Made by a program: the position numbers and the translations under genes
Shown here: in pieces, positions 1-10,177 of the stretch
Layout of the letters: every line of letters starts with the position of its first letter
Position numbering within the stretch: position 1 is the stretch's first letter
The notes under the pieces: generated by a model
Told to the model about the DNA's origin: nothing
Seen by the model: only the letters and a program-made list of their open reading frames with translations
The model's database searches: none
Source: an uncultured Victivallales bacterium
GTDB taxonomy: Bacteria > Verrucomicrobiota > Lentisphaeria > Victivallales > UBA1829
Direction of reading: 5' to 3'
Assembly: GCA_944389445.1 (NCBI GenBank)
Contig: CALXMJ010000293.1
Span: 912 to 64,911, forward strand
Length of the DNA stretch: 64,000 nucleotides

Positions 1-511
1 CCCTGAAGTGCGTGGTTAACTGGCCGCTGATCAGAACCATTGCCGCGATATTCCGCCGGTTCAGTCCATAGCGAGCCAGATATTCCTGATTCCAGACTGC
101 CATTGCCGCAAGCCAGGCTCCGGCGGACTGCCCGCAAACAATCAGGCGGGAACGGTCATATCTATATTCGCCGGCATGTTCGAAAAGAAAGGCGACTGCA
201 GCGGCAGCGTCTTCAATTTGTCCGGGAGGAAGAGTCTGCGGAGAAAGACGATAGCGGATCTCCGCAACCGCATAGTTTCCACAGTAGGGGGCATCGGGAC
301 AAGTTCGTCCGCCGCTGGTCAGTCCTCCCCCATGGAAAAAGAGGATCAGAGGCGGATTTTTCTCCTTCTTCGGAATACTCAGGTAAAGCGTTTGATAGGG
401 ATTTCCGCTTTCCGTATAGGGAATGGCGCGATACTGTGCAAACAACTCCTGATTCGGAATACCGTAAATATCCCAGGAGCTTCTTTCGGGGGAATTCCAT
501 GCATGATTCAT
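1..511 (-). CDS. alpha/beta-hydrolase fold esterase/lipase (HSL-like), 3' end outside window
   Basis: Not in the ORF track because it runs off the left edge. Minus-strand translation from the ATG at 511-509 gives [24 protein letters not shown]...PPLILFFHGGGLTSG...RLIVCGQSAGAWLAAMAVW. It has an HGGG oxyanion-hole motif and a GxSxG nucleophile elbow (GQSAG). The start overlaps the stop of ORF 508..4521 as ATGA. Confidence 0.8.
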   Translation of the reverse strand, partial: MNHAWNSPERSSWDIYGIPNQELFAQYRAIPYTESGNPYQTLYLSIPKKEKNPPLILFFHGGGLTSGGRTCPDAPYCGNYAVAEIRYRLSPQTLPPGQIEDAAAAVAFLFEHAGEYRYDRSRLIVCGQSAGAWLAAMAVWNQEYLARYGLNRRNIAAMVLISGQLTTHFR

Positions 512-3500
512 TGTTTTTTCTCCTTTTTTTCTTTTCCCAGAAGCATGACCGGATACAGATGTGGATTCATCCAGCAGCTTTCCGGTTCGTTGTTCAGCGA
601 GAGAGAGGACCGGAGCTGTTCTCCGTCATTGTCATTGACCTGAATGGAAAATCCGATTGTTCCGTTTGTTTCGAACTGCATGGGTTCCAGAAGTCTGCGT
701 GGAAATGAGAGTCGGCAGCAGTATCCGTTCGCAAGCCGGATGAATTTACACTGTACACTGGGATCAATCATATCCGGTTTCGGGGCCAGCAGTCCGTTCG
801 CGAGCTGTTGTTCCGGGGCGATGCGACGGTAGACAACGGCTCTGTTTTCGGAAACTGGAATCACGTCATAGTTGTAATCGTTTCCATCGTGACCGCGTGT
901 TTCACGGGAACGGGCATCGCAAAGCGTGTCAAAATAGAGCTGTATAGAGTCATAGTTCCAGCCTCCGGCTACAGTCCGTTTACTGTCATCGGGTGCGGGG
1001 AAAAACTTGTCGTCTGCAACTGTTATGCAGAGGAAAAAGTGTTCGTCGTTCCATGCGGTTTGTATTGCCGCTTCAAGATCTCCCGGGGTACCGAACGGTT
1101 TCAGATGTTTCACCTTGAATCTTCGAGTCCCGTGGGTCGAGTAGTTGTGGATTAATCGGGTTGTCAACGGAATTGCCGGGATTGCCGACCAGGCTGCGGG
1201 GTCGTCATACCGGAAACCGGAGGAGACTTTGCCGCAAAGAAAACCGTTGAATGAGAAGTCCTGTTTGAGGAAATCCTTTCCGGATTTCCAGACGGATGGC
1301 AGACGGAAGCTGGTTATTTTTGTTTCGGTCAGCGGTTCCGGAAGCGGGATCCGGAAATTGCATTTTCCCGCGCCGGGAAGCTCAAGATTCCATTTTTTTC
1401 CCGCAATATCCCATTCGCCGCGGAAGGGACGGTCCAGAAGGTTTGTGACTGTTACTTTCGCGTTTGCTGGATCCTGTACGGCAATGGCAATTCCGAGCGG
1501 CAGGGCGGTTTGTCCGCGGAGACTGCCTTCGGAGAGTGCCTGGCAGAATTTTTCTTCGCTTCCAGGCTTGCCGATCAGGAAAAGCGGCATGGAGGTTATT
1601 GCGAAAGTGCCGGAAGAGGATGCAATCTGGTTGTTGTTGATGTCTCTTGCTGATTCCAGAACGCCGTTGAAGTTGAAAATCGCCTCGGGAGCTTTCTCCC
1701 TTCCGTGATCGACCTCCCGAATGTGCGACCAGAGAGCGGCAACCGGACGTTTTTGCGCATCTTTAAAAACATAGCAGCGGATTTGCGGAGCGAAACGGAC
1801 ATCCCGGAAGAACCCGGCATTTCCGAGAAGTTGTCCGAGCGTGTTGGATACGGTTTGCAGCTGCATCGGCGTAAGATCGGCGTCCAGCATGTTCCAGTGG
1901 GACCAGACATTCAGAGAATGGATGTTTTTCCGGTATTTGAGCGCCACCAGCCAGCTCCGTGCCGTGTAGGCTGCACTGATGTATTCGCCCCAGCCCATGT
2001 CGTAACTGACGGAATAGAGTCTGTAATGATCCGTCGTACAGCCGAAATGAGGATTGAGTCCCCATTCCGGCAGATTGTATGGTGTATAATAGGCTCCTTC
2101 ATTCCAGAGGACGGGGGTGTCGCCATAGCCGTGTTTCTTCATGACCGCCAGAAGTGCCGCGGTATCGGAATCAAGATCCGGGTGTTCCGGCGTTTCCCGG
2201 TAGGGGTGGATTGCCAGCATGTCGAACCGGATCTTCGGATCGACCGTGTTGCAGGCCGTGAGCATATCGTCGATATAGCGGATGCCGCTGACCGGGTTCA
2301 TATTGGTAGGACCTCCGTCCAGTAGAACAGTTTTGCCGGGATCGAACCGTTTTACGCCGCGATAGACTGCATGAAGCAGTTTCGCGAATTCCTTGAATCT
2401 GCGGGTCGGAAGGAGAAGGTCATAGCGTCCCGCGCCGTTTTCTCCCGAAAGGAACCATTTTTCCACCCAGGGACTGGATGCCGCAGCATCGCTGGCGCCT
2501 TCTTCGACAAGACGTTCGATCTCCGGCGTGACCCGGTCCACTTTGTTGAAATCCCGGATATAGGTGCGGTTTCCGACTTTGAACGGATTGGTGTCGCGTC
2601 CCTGAATCCTGATCCGTTCCGCCATGCCGCGGCCGTTATCGGAAACCCTGTATCGCTTAAGGAGTTCGTAATCCTCCTGTTTTTCCGTATAGGAGGTCGA
2701 ACCGATGCCGATTCGCATCATCCGTTCCATGATCTTGTCCCGGTTGAAAACATTCATGCGGATCTGATTGCCGAAGATTTCCTTGTTCCGGTGAGTGTTG
2801 TCTAGAAATTTCATACGGGCGAAGCGGAAATAATCGGCATATCCGGAGCCGTCGGTGAACTTGAAATCCGCCGTCAGGATATAAAGTCCGTTTGCAGTGG
2901 ATTTTTCCAGATCGAGCGGCAGAGCGGCACTCCCTTCCTTTCCGAGGGAGAAGGGAAGGGTACACTTCCAGAACTCTCTGTGGAAGCAGTCCCGGACGGT
3001 AACCGAGACATTTCCCGCCAGACCCGGTCTGCCGTAGAGATGCAGCACAGCATTGACCGGGCTGCCTTCCGCAAGAAAATGGTCGGATGCGGAAGTGCGC
3101 AGCTCCACCGAAAGTTTTGGTTCGATATAGTTTGTGGCGGTGCGGCTTTTCTCCAGTTTGAGTCCGTCAAACCAGATCTTTGCCTGCGGATCGCTTCCGA
3201 TATATTCGGCACCAAAGGTTATGCTGATTCCGTTGTTCGGCTGACGGAAAGTGCAGGAATACCGTTGCCATTTCCCCGGAGTGATCCGGAGCGATTTTAA
3301 AGAGGGAAAAGAGCCCCAGCGTGCCGTTGTTGCAAAAAATTTGACAAGCATGCCCGGTTTTTCCGCCTTTGCATAAAAGCTCAGAGTGTAGAAAGCGTCC
3401 TTGGAAGCGGGAATGGCGAAGGTTGTGAAGGAGCCCGCCCGCCTGTCATTGCGGCGGATTGTCATTTGCAGGGAGCGTTTTCCGAATTTTGCCTCTTTCC

Positions 3501-4521
3501 CGGTAATTTCCAGCGGCAGATTGTTCCGGGCGCAGAAGCGTCCCGTTACTGTATAGTAGCGCAGTCCGGATTCAAATGAGGAGTTCTGAATCAGATTGTT
3601 GTCCGGGCTGTTGAAATCGGGTACGTGCAGAGCATCGTTTTCCAGGAAATGAATCCCTCCATAAGAGCCGCTGTTCTGCCGGGCGGAGGGCGGGAGAACT
3701 TTTCCGAAGTCCAGAGAGAAGGTCAGTTTTTTCTGTTTTTCGGCGAAGAAAAGGCGGAACAGGAAATCCTGTTTTTTGCTGACAAGCGCCTGCAATTTTC
3801 CCGGCAGGAAATCCGATATGCTAAGTTCTGCAAGAGGATCATTCGCGCCGATTGCCGCCGAATCAAACATTCTGTTCAATGTCAGGAACTGCGCCTTTCC
3901 AGGCGGAGGCGAGAGAGTTTCAATTTTGCGATCCTTCTTCCCGGTCATAAGGATTTTTCGCTCTTTGCAGACCATTGTATTGATTGTCATGCTGACATGG
4001 CCCGGCTGGAATCCGAAAGTTTCTCCTTCGGGAAGGTTATATTCCATTTCAAAAATCATCCGGTTTCCTTTTACGGTCAGGACCTGGCGGTAATCCGCAT
4101 ATCCGGCGGTTTCCGACCTTGATACATTGGAATGAATCGGGAATTTCATAGACCATGTATAGCGTTTTTTCTCCGGTTCGGAGAGAAAACGGCGGTCTAT
4201 GACTTTTTTGTCGCTGACGGGAAGCCATCGATTGAATCTGGAATGAAAAAACAGGTAGAAGTTGACCAGTTCCTGTCCGTTGCTCCGGACCCGGAACACG
4301 CCTTCCTCGTTGAACTCCAGTACCTTGCTTCCATAGGCGACTCTGTATTTTTCACAGCGGGGAGCCATCCGGACAGGAGAGACGTTCCGTGGCGCCGATC
4401 CGGCTGCGAACGGAACAGGTTGTGTGTATGGAATTTCAGCCGTCGTTTGCAGGAGCATGGAAAGTAAAAGCAGTACGGTTAATGATGTTTTCATTTTATT
4501 TTTCCTTGTTTGTGGATTCAT
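508..4521 (-). CDS. secreted multidomain glycoside-hydrolase-like protein with CBM9-like C-terminal module (1337 aa)
   Basis: N-terminal Sec-type signal ([23 protein letters not shown]). The central part has TIM-barrel glycosidase-like strings ([17 protein letters not shown]). The C-terminal ~170 aa are CBM9-like ([42 protein letters not shown]). ATGA overlaps at both ends (4518-4521 and 508-511). The GH family cannot be assigned by eye. Confidence 0.75.
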   Translation of the reverse strand: MNPQTRKNKMKTSLTVLLLLSMLLQTTAEIPYTQPVPFAAGSAPRNVSPVRMAPRCEKYRVAYGSKVLEFNEEGVFRVRSNGQELVNFYLFFHSRFNRWLPVSDKKVIDRRFLSEPEKKRYTWSMKFPIHSNVSRSETAGYADYRQVLTVKGNRMIFEMEYNLPEGETFGFQPGHVSMTINTMVCKERKILMTGKKDRKIETLSPPPGKAQFLTLNRMFDSAAIGANDPLAELSISDFLPGKLQALVSKKQDFLFRLFFAEKQKKLTFSLDFGKVLPPSARQNSGSYGGIHFLENDALHVPDFNSPDNNLIQNSSFESGLRYYTVTGRFCARNNLPLEITGKEAKFGKRSLQMTIRRNDRRAGSFTTFAIPASKDAFYTLSFYAKAEKPGMLVKFFATTARWGSFPSLKSLRITPGKWQRYSCTFRQPNNGISITFGAEYIGSDPQAKIWFDGLKLEKSRTATNYIEPKLSVELRTSASDHFLAEGSPVNAVLHLYGRPGLAGNVSVTVRDCFHREFWKCTLPFSLGKEGSAALPLDLEKSTANGLYILTADFKFTDGSGYADYFRFARMKFLDNTHRNKEIFGNQIRMNVFNRDKIMERMMRIGIGSTSYTEKQEDYELLKRYRVSDNGRGMAERIRIQGRDTNPFKVGNRTYIRDFNKVDRVTPEIERLVEEGASDAAASSPWVEKWFLSGENGAGRYDLLLPTRRFKEFAKLLHAVYRGVKRFDPGKTVLLDGGPTNMNPVSGIRYIDDMLTACNTVDPKIRFDMLAIHPYRETPEHPDLDSDTAALLAVMKKHGYGDTPVLWNEGAYYTPYNLPEWGLNPHFGCTTDHYRLYSVSYDMGWGEYISAAYTARSWLVALKYRKNIHSLNVWSHWNMLDADLTPMQLQTVSNTLGQLLGNAGFFRDVRFAPQIRCYVFKDAQKRPVAALWSHIREVDHGREKAPEAIFNFNGVLESARDINNNQIASSSGTFAITSMPLFLIGKPGSEEKFCQALSEGSLRGQTALPLGIAIAVQDPANAKVTVTNLLDRPFRGEWDIAGKKWNLELPGAGKCNFRIPLPEPLTETKITSFRLPSVWKSGKDFLKQDFSFNGFLCGKVSSGFRYDDPAAWSAIPAIPLTTRLIHNYSTHGTRRFKVKHLKPFGTPGDLEAAIQTAWNDEHFFLCITVADDKFFPAPDDSKRTVAGGWNYDSIQLYFDTLCDARSRETRGHDGNDYNYDVIPVSENRAVVYRRIAPEQQLANGLLAPKPDMIDPSVQCKFIRLANGYCCRLSFPRRLLEPMQFETNGTIGFSIQVNDNDGEQLRSSLSLNNEPESCWMNPHLYPVMLLGKEKKEKKQ

Positions 4522-5276
4522 CGCGGGGTCCAGTTGTCCGTCATGAAAACGGTGGACCTGTGTGTTCTGACCGAGCCGTCATGATAAAGAAAATTTCCGG
4601 TACCCGCATGATTGAAAGCAGCGGAGTATTTCCGCTGGACTTCGCCTGTCGACGGGCGTGTATAAGCGGGCATGGCAAACCACTCCGGGGTTGACACAAC
4701 ATTGCTGTTGAGCGGATTCTTTTCAATCATGATGATGGTTCCCGAACGGATGGAACCATAGCGTTTCGGTTGACTTTGCACATGGGAATCGGAATCGCTT
4801 TCGAAATGAGAGAGCCGCCAGCCGATGGAATTTTTCTCCCGGGCTCCGGAATCGGTCGGATAATTGTATTTGACCGTGGGCGCGTAGGAAATGCAGATTC
4901 TTGCGGAGGAACAGTCGGTTCCATAGGCATTTTTGTTGACATCGGGGCATTCCATGTATTTTTTCAGTTTGTCCAGTTCCGCTGTTTTTGCCGCTGCATA
5001 GTCTTTGATGACCCCGAGAGCAAACCCCATGACATACTGCCATGAGTTGTTCCTTCCTTCGTGACGGACCGCCCAGAGATAGTCATCGTAATCCCCCGTG
5101 TAATTCATCGCAGCCAGGAACATCTGCCGCATGCTGTTTGTACAGGTGATTTTCCTTGCGACGGAACGGCTTTTCTGCAGAGCCGGAAGCAGCAGGGAAA
5201 TCAGAATCAGAATCACAGCAACAACAATCAGGAGCTCTATAAGAGTGAATTCTTTTTTAAAAAGGTTCCTTTTCAT
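4518..5276 (-). CDS. pseudopilin-like protein, prepilin-type N-terminal helix plus H-X9-DG C-terminus (DUF1559-type)
   Basis: N-terminus [37 protein letters not shown], followed by the CTNSMRQM block. C-terminal [12 protein letters not shown] is an exact H-X9-DG. AGGAG RBS 6 nt upstream of the ATG at 5276. Confidence 0.9.
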   Translation of the reverse strand: MKRNLFKKEFTLIELLIVVAVILILISLLLPALQKSRSVARKITCTNSMRQMFLAAMNYTGDYDDYLWAVRHEGRNNSWQYVMGFALGVIKDYAAAKTAELDKLKKYMECPDVNKNAYGTDCSSARICISYAPTVKYNYPTDSGAREKNSIGWRLSHFESDSDSHVQSQPKRYGSIRSGTIIMIEKNPLNSNVVSTPEWFAMPAYTRPSTGEVQRKYSAAFNHAGTGNFLYHDGSVRTHRSTVFMTDNWTPR

Positions 5277-5284
5277 GACATCTC

Positions 5285-6748
5285 CTATTTTGTATAGAGT
5301 TCAATTCGCCGGATTGTGAACAGTTTCGGGTTCGTATTGGCGCGGAAGAGAACTGATACCGGATTGCGGCCATTCGGCAGACGCATTGTCTTGTCTATCG
5401 GATAGAGTGCTGCCGGATACATCCGGACATTCATGGCATAACGGTCCGGGCGCTCCGGAAGATATTCCGCATTCGTCAGCGGGATCCCGTTCAGGCGCAA
5501 TTCCGCAATATCGCCCGGCTCCATCCCCTCGACAAGAATTTCCAGACGGTCCAGCGGCCGATCCTGATAAATCTCAATCGGGATGATTGCCCCTGCGCCA
5601 TGAGCGACCGTCGCCGGGAGAGGTTTGTCATCGTTCCGGTAGATGTAGTTTTGCGCCCATGGATATTCGCCGCGGCTTTCCGCTGCATACATTTTTGGTT
5701 GCTGAGACATCTTTTCCAGAGAACCTCCTTCCCGGAACATGATGAGTTCTGCGGGATCGTCCGGGGCATTCATGTTGTGCTGACCGAACCAGTTGAAGAG
5801 GCTGACGGAATCCGCTCCCTGATAGTAAAAATTGCAGAAGAATCCGCGGAGATATTCCACACAGGGCGCGTGATAGCCTTCCGCTGTATGATGCGCGTCG
5901 AAGCTCGGGCAGATTCGGATCTTTTCACCGCCCGGGACTCTCCGGAATGCTGCAATGTCCACGGTCCCGCGGCCCCCCGGAATCAGAACGTCAATCAGCC
6001 CTTCGGCGATCCATCGTTCCACTTCCAGGCCGTCCTGATGGTTTCCGGCGATTGTGTCACCGACGCGCACCAGAAGCTCCAGTTTTCTCTCTCGTTTTTT
6101 TCCGACTTCGTCCAGCATTAAACGGACCATGCGTACGAACTCTGTAGCCTGATCCCGCATCTCCCATTCCCGTCCGGGCGGGAGACAAGGCGTATGACGG
6201 GCAAAATCAAGCTGCAGTCCGGAGAGGGGATAGTTTTCCATCAGTTCCCGCAGAATGGACAGCTTATGCATCCGGATGCCGGGATGCGCCAGATTCCAGA
6301 GTCCCTGGGGCCACCAGCAGGGAACGAGCCATTCCGGGTGAGCCTTTTTGAGAGGATTTTCCCGGCGTTTGTCGTCCAGCGCCATTCCGGTGGGGGGACT
6401 CCAGGGATGCGGCAGATCAATTTCGGAAATACGGTGATTCCAGAACGAGGGAATGCCGTAACGGGCGGCAGTTTCAATACAGTGGTCAAGCCAGTCGATG
6501 CCGCGGGCCGCCCATTCCTGCAATTTCGGGTGATCCCGCAGAGGAAGCAGTCTGCTGCGGGTGTATACGCTCCATGCCTCCGATTCCAGCCCCATGTCCC
6601 ATACGATGCTCCCGATCATGCTGCCCGGAATATGCCGGAAACGGTGCGACAGCCACTCGTCGACTGTCAGCTCCGGACGCGTAAGCAAATTGAGCGGCAC
6701 ATTGGCGTCCTCCTGAAGAATCAGTTTATAATTCATATTCATTTTCAT
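5285..6748 (-). CDS. hypothetical cytoplasmic TIM-barrel protein, possibly glycosyl-hydrolase-like 10 (GHL10) family
   Basis: 487-aa ORF with no signal peptide. [11 protein letters not shown] resembles the GHL10 DGIHLDYIRYP-type strand. First gene of the minus-strand operon and divergent from the AraC gene. The product call is weak. Confidence 0.55.
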   Translation of the reverse strand: MKMNMNYKLILQEDANVPLNLLTRPELTVDEWLSHRFRHIPGSMIGSIVWDMGLESEAWSVYTRSRLLPLRDHPKLQEWAARGIDWLDHCIETAARYGIPSFWNHRISEIDLPHPWSPPTGMALDDKRRENPLKKAHPEWLVPCWWPQGLWNLAHPGIRMHKLSILRELMENYPLSGLQLDFARHTPCLPPGREWEMRDQATEFVRMVRLMLDEVGKKRERKLELLVRVGDTIAGNHQDGLEVERWIAEGLIDVLIPGGRGTVDIAAFRRVPGGEKIRICPSFDAHHTAEGYHAPCVEYLRGFFCNFYYQGADSVSLFNWFGQHNMNAPDDPAELIMFREGGSLEKMSQQPKMYAAESRGEYPWAQNYIYRNDDKPLPATVAHGAGAIIPIEIYQDRPLDRLEILVEGMEPGDIAELRLNGIPLTNAEYLPERPDRYAMNVRMYPAALYPIDKTMRLPNGRNPVSVLFRANTNPKLFTIRRIELYTK

Positions 6749-6813
6749 AATTTATTGTTTTTTGATTTTTTTTGATTTTATTATATATTATATACAAAAA
6801 CAGAAAATTCACA

Positions 6814-7728
6814 ATGGCTGAAATCGTAAAAAAAATATCCGAATCAAGAAATATCCGGAATCTCAAATATTGCAGGAGCCTGCCCTTCCAGAGCGAATCG
6901 CTGAAACCTCTTCGCGATTTCGGAATCTTTGAAGGCGGCGTTGCAATGGTGACTGGGACTCCCCCCTTCGTTTGGTATTCTGTAAAACGGGCGGACGGGT
7001 TTACGATTCTCTGGTTTGTCCTGCGCGGGCATATTATCATTGAAAATGAGAAAGGAATGCGCGTGGAAGGAAAGCCGAGTTCCCTCCTGGTACGCTCATC
7101 CACGGAAAATTATAGAATGATTTCCTGTGAAAGGGAGTTTGAACATCTTTACTTCAAACTGAAACAGCCGAATGTTTCCGGCATGACGGTCCGACCCTCT
7201 GTCAATATGGAGGAACTTCGGACCCTGGTGGAGATGCTTTGGACGGAGTACAGCATCCGTCGACGGAATTTCTCCGAGATGTTTTACTATCTTTGCGGGC
7301 TGATCCGAATTCTTGTGGAGCGCAATCTCGCCGGAGAAAATTTTTCCAAGCGGATTGAAAAGCTCTTTCAGCTGCTGGAGGAATCTCCCGGGGAGAAATG
7401 GACCGTTCAGCGTATGGCGAGGGCTATGAACATGTCGCCGTCCCTGCTGTACAAGCTGTGCTGTCAGAACTGCGGTACAGGCCCTTCCAAACTGATTCAG
7501 AAGGTCAAGATGCTTCATGCGTATGGTCTGTTGTGCAATGGCGGGGCGACTCTGGAAGAGATTGCCGCATCGCTGGGATATTCTTCCGCGTTTGCCTTTT
7601 CCAAAGTTTTTACGAAATTTTACGGCAGACGTCCCGGACAGATCCGGCGGGAGCGTAACGATGGCGTTTCTGTCGTGTTACGGGAAAATGACAGTTCATC
7701 CGGGATGGAGGAGCCTCCATCCCGATGA
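6814..7728 (+). CDS. AraC family transcriptional regulator
   Basis: C-terminal double HTH: WTVQRMARAMNMSPSLLYKLCCQNCGTGPSKLIQKVKMLHAYGLL...LEEIAASLGYSSAFAFSKVFTKFYGRRPGQIR. Start moved to the ATG at 6814 (MAEIVKK); the track start at 6772 lies in an AT-rich promoter region. Confidence 0.9.
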   Translation: MAEIVKKISESRNIRNLKYCRSLPFQSESLKPLRDFGIFEGGVAMVTGTPPFVWYSVKRADGFTILWFVLRGHIIIENEKGMRVEGKPSSLLVRSSTENYRMISCEREFEHLYFKLKQPNVSGMTVRPSVNMEELRTLVEMLWTEYSIRRRNFSEMFYYLCGLIRILVERNLAGENFSKRIEKLFQLLEESPGEKWTVQRMARAMNMSPSLLYKLCCQNCGTGPSKLIQKVKMLHAYGLLCNGGATLEEIAASLGYSSAFAFSKVFTKFYGRRPGQIRRERNDGVSVVLRENDSSSGMEEPPSR

Positions 7729-7814
7729 GAACTTTCCTCCATCTCCCGGGATAACTCCCGGAAGAGTGTCTCCGCGACGGTTCGTTCCGGATTCCGCCGC
7801 GGAGAGCCGGGGCC

Positions 7815-8756
7815 TTATTTCTCTCCTGCGGCGCGGATGGATTCGATCAGTTCCGTCATCCGGACTGCATCGGCGGCGGTCAGAGTATTTGCGCTTTTTC
7901 CGAGGACCGCATCGCGGAAATGTTCCAGTTCCTGAATGAAGGCGCTTTTCCCTTCGGACATATCCACTTCCACGACCCGGAATTGATCGGTGTGCATGAC
8001 AATCCTGTCCGGGCGTTCAATACGCATGTAACCATATTCCCCCAGAAGCGTGATGGTGAGATCCCGATAGCAGAAGCAGGTTTTTTCCGCATACATTCCC
8101 TGAAGCTGAGCCGTGACTCCGTCGCCGTAATCGACGATCGCGGCAAATCCATTCTCCTTTTTCCAGCCGAAGCGATGGTCGATTCTGCTGTAAAGAACTT
8201 TCCCGGGACTTCTCCCGGTCAGAAACGTGATGAGATCGAAATCGTGAACCGAGAGCTCATACATTGCCCCCACATCCTTGACCCAGGTCGACTCCGGGCG
8301 CGGATGATACATCTGCTGTTTAGTCGTTACGATGGAAACCAGCTCCCCGATTTCCGGAACCAGTTCTTTCGCCTTCCGGAAAATCGGTTCAAAACGCATT
8401 TTGAATCCGACTCCGAGTTGTTTTCCTTTTTCTTTGGCAAGACGTTCCAGTTCCCGTCCTTCCGCGACATTCATCGTCAGCGGTTTTTCGCAGAATACAT
8501 GGAATCCCCGTTCCAGAAGAGCTTTCACCACCGGATAATGTGCTGCGGGCGGTGTGACAACGCTGACCGCATCAAGGTCTGCCGACAGATCCTGAAGATT
8601 CGTCAGAGCTTCTGCTCCGCAGAGTTCCGCGACGCTTTTTGCCCGTTCCGCATTCAGATCCACCACCGCGGCAACGCTTACTCCGTCGATCGCACTCCAT
8701 GAATTCGCATGTGCCCGGCCGATTCCGCCGCAGCCGACAATTCCGACTTTGAACAT
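7815..8756 (-). CDS. Gfo/Idh/MocA family NAD(P)-dependent oxidoreductase
   Basis: MFKVGIVGCGGIGRAHA Rossmann N-terminus directly after GGAG-A7-ATG. EKPL motif (VFCEKPLTMN). The 50-codon upstream extension in the track (to 8906) is rejected. Confidence 0.9.
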   Translation of the reverse strand: MFKVGIVGCGGIGRAHANSWSAIDGVSVAAVVDLNAERAKSVAELCGAEALTNLQDLSADLDAVSVVTPPAAHYPVVKALLERGFHVFCEKPLTMNVAEGRELERLAKEKGKQLGVGFKMRFEPIFRKAKELVPEIGELVSIVTTKQQMYHPRPESTWVKDVGAMYELSVHDFDLITFLTGRSPGKVLYSRIDHRFGWKKENGFAAIVDYGDGVTAQLQGMYAEKTCFCYRDLTITLLGEYGYMRIERPDRIVMHTDQFRVVEVDMSEGKSAFIQELEHFRDAVLGKSANTLTAADAVRMTELIESIRAAGEK

Positions 8757-10177
8757 TTTTTTTCTCCTTTCTGATTCGGTTCCATATTCAGAACCGTGTA
8801 GTTTCGTTCCCATTCCGCCTTTTCTCCCGGAGCCAGAGTCACTTTCCGGAAGAACTCCGGCGAGATGACCCGTTCCGAACGGAACAGCGCCCGTCCGAGC
8901 TCCCATCCTTCCGATTCACTGATATGCAGAATTGTTTTCCCTTTCGCGACAGCTGTTCCATGCCGGGTGGTTTTCAGCGGAAACGCTTCCGCTTTTTTCC
9001 CGGGAGAAAAAACCGCATCCGGATAGACGATTGTCGCAGGGCTCAGAAAATTGTGTGCGTATTCCCTCGTCGAGAAGGGGTGCTTCCCGGTATTTTTCAG
9101 ACGATAGCGGATGGTCAGGACCGCTTCGGAAAGCGAAATTTCTTTTTCCAGAAAATAGGCAAAGCCCGATGGCGCGCTTCCGGACTGGCGGAAAACCGCT
9201 CTGTCGGCATGGAGTTCCGTTTCCCACGGGAAAAATTGAACGACACGGTAATTTTTCTGATGAAAATAAGAGGACCCTCTTTTCCGGAGAAGTCCCACTC
9301 CGATTTTCAAAAAGAGATTGCCCGGAGAGTCGTAATCCGGAACTTCAATGAACTCTTCCGCCTGTCCCGCGGCATCGTCGTGATTGCGCGGATCGTGTAC
9401 CTCCGGCGGCACATTCGATGTGAATCCCGGAAACGCGGTAATCATTCCGGCCGATTGAAAACGGCATCCCCTGTAAAATCCTTTTTCCGGATCGGGCAGA
9501 GCGATTTCTACTTTCCGCTCTCCGCTGGAAAGTACAGCCCGCGGCCAATCCGGATTCGCCGGATGCGGCGGTATATTCTCCAGAAAACGGACCCCGTGCA
9601 GACGCGTCGTTTCCATGACGGCGCTCCCGTTCTCCGGCAGAACAAGCACCGCCCGGGAAGGCAGGGAACGCATTTCCCACCAGGGAATCCGGATGAGGAA
9701 GGGTTCCTTTGCCGGAATTTCCGCAATGAGCTTGCCGTTCAGGTAAAATCCTGCTCTGCAATCCGCGGTAATCCGGAAAGCGAAACTGTGGCGTTCTTCA
9801 AAATCCGGTTCAAAGTGGAGAATCGTCATCCGTTTCCCCGTTTCGGGGGAGAGCGTTGCCGGGAATCCGAATCCTTTGCTTTGAACGAATTTTTCTTCAA
9901 ACGGGAACGTTTTCCGGTATTTGCCGGGGAGACGGGAAAAATTCCGTTCCGTCAGAATCCATTGAATCGTCTGCGGCGGTTTTCCGGGGAGCGGGATCTC
10001 CTTGCAGAACAGTTCCCTGTCGAAGGAAATATCCCTGCTGCCGTCCAGTCTGAGAATGTAAAAACCGGGTACATGAGGTTTGACCGTTCCGCGGAACGGT
10101 TCCTCTCCTCTGCGCAGCGCATCGAATCCGAACGAGCAGAGACAGAGGAGAAACTGGGCGGCAAGGAGGAATTTCAT
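8678..10177 (-). CDS. hypothetical secreted protein (499 aa)
   Basis: Signal peptide MKFLLAAQFLLCLCSFGFDA. ATGA overlap with the upstream gene at 10174-10177. The last 26 codons overlap the oxidoreductase start. No recognisable family. Confidence 0.65.
   Translation of the reverse strand: MKFLLAAQFLLCLCSFGFDALRRGEEPFRGTVKPHVPGFYILRLDGSRDISFDRELFCKEIPLPGKPPQTIQWILTERNFSRLPGKYRKTFPFEEKFVQSKGFGFPATLSPETGKRMTILHFEPDFEERHSFAFRITADCRAGFYLNGKLIAEIPAKEPFLIRIPWWEMRSLPSRAVLVLPENGSAVMETTRLHGVRFLENIPPHPANPDWPRAVLSSGERKVEIALPDPEKGFYRGCRFQSAGMITAFPGFTSNVPPEVHDPRNHDDAAGQAEEFIEVPDYDSPGNLFLKIGVGLLRKRGSSYFHQKNYRVVQFFPWETELHADRAVFRQSGSAPSGFAYFLEKEISLSEAVLTIRYRLKNTGKHPFSTREYAHNFLSPATIVYPDAVFSPGKKAEAFPLKTTRHGTAVAKGKTILHISESEGWELGRALFRSERVISPEFFRKVTLAPGEKAEWERNYTVLNMEPNQKGEKKCSKSELSAAAESAGHMRIHGVRSTE

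Noticed and set aside
40-708. Plus-strand ORFs 40..708 and 176..643, and minus-strand ORF 213..500, at the left edge.
   Set aside because: A different minus-strand frame gives a clean HGGG/GxSxG esterase that starts at 511 with an ATGA overlap to the upstream gene. The track misses it only because it runs off the window.
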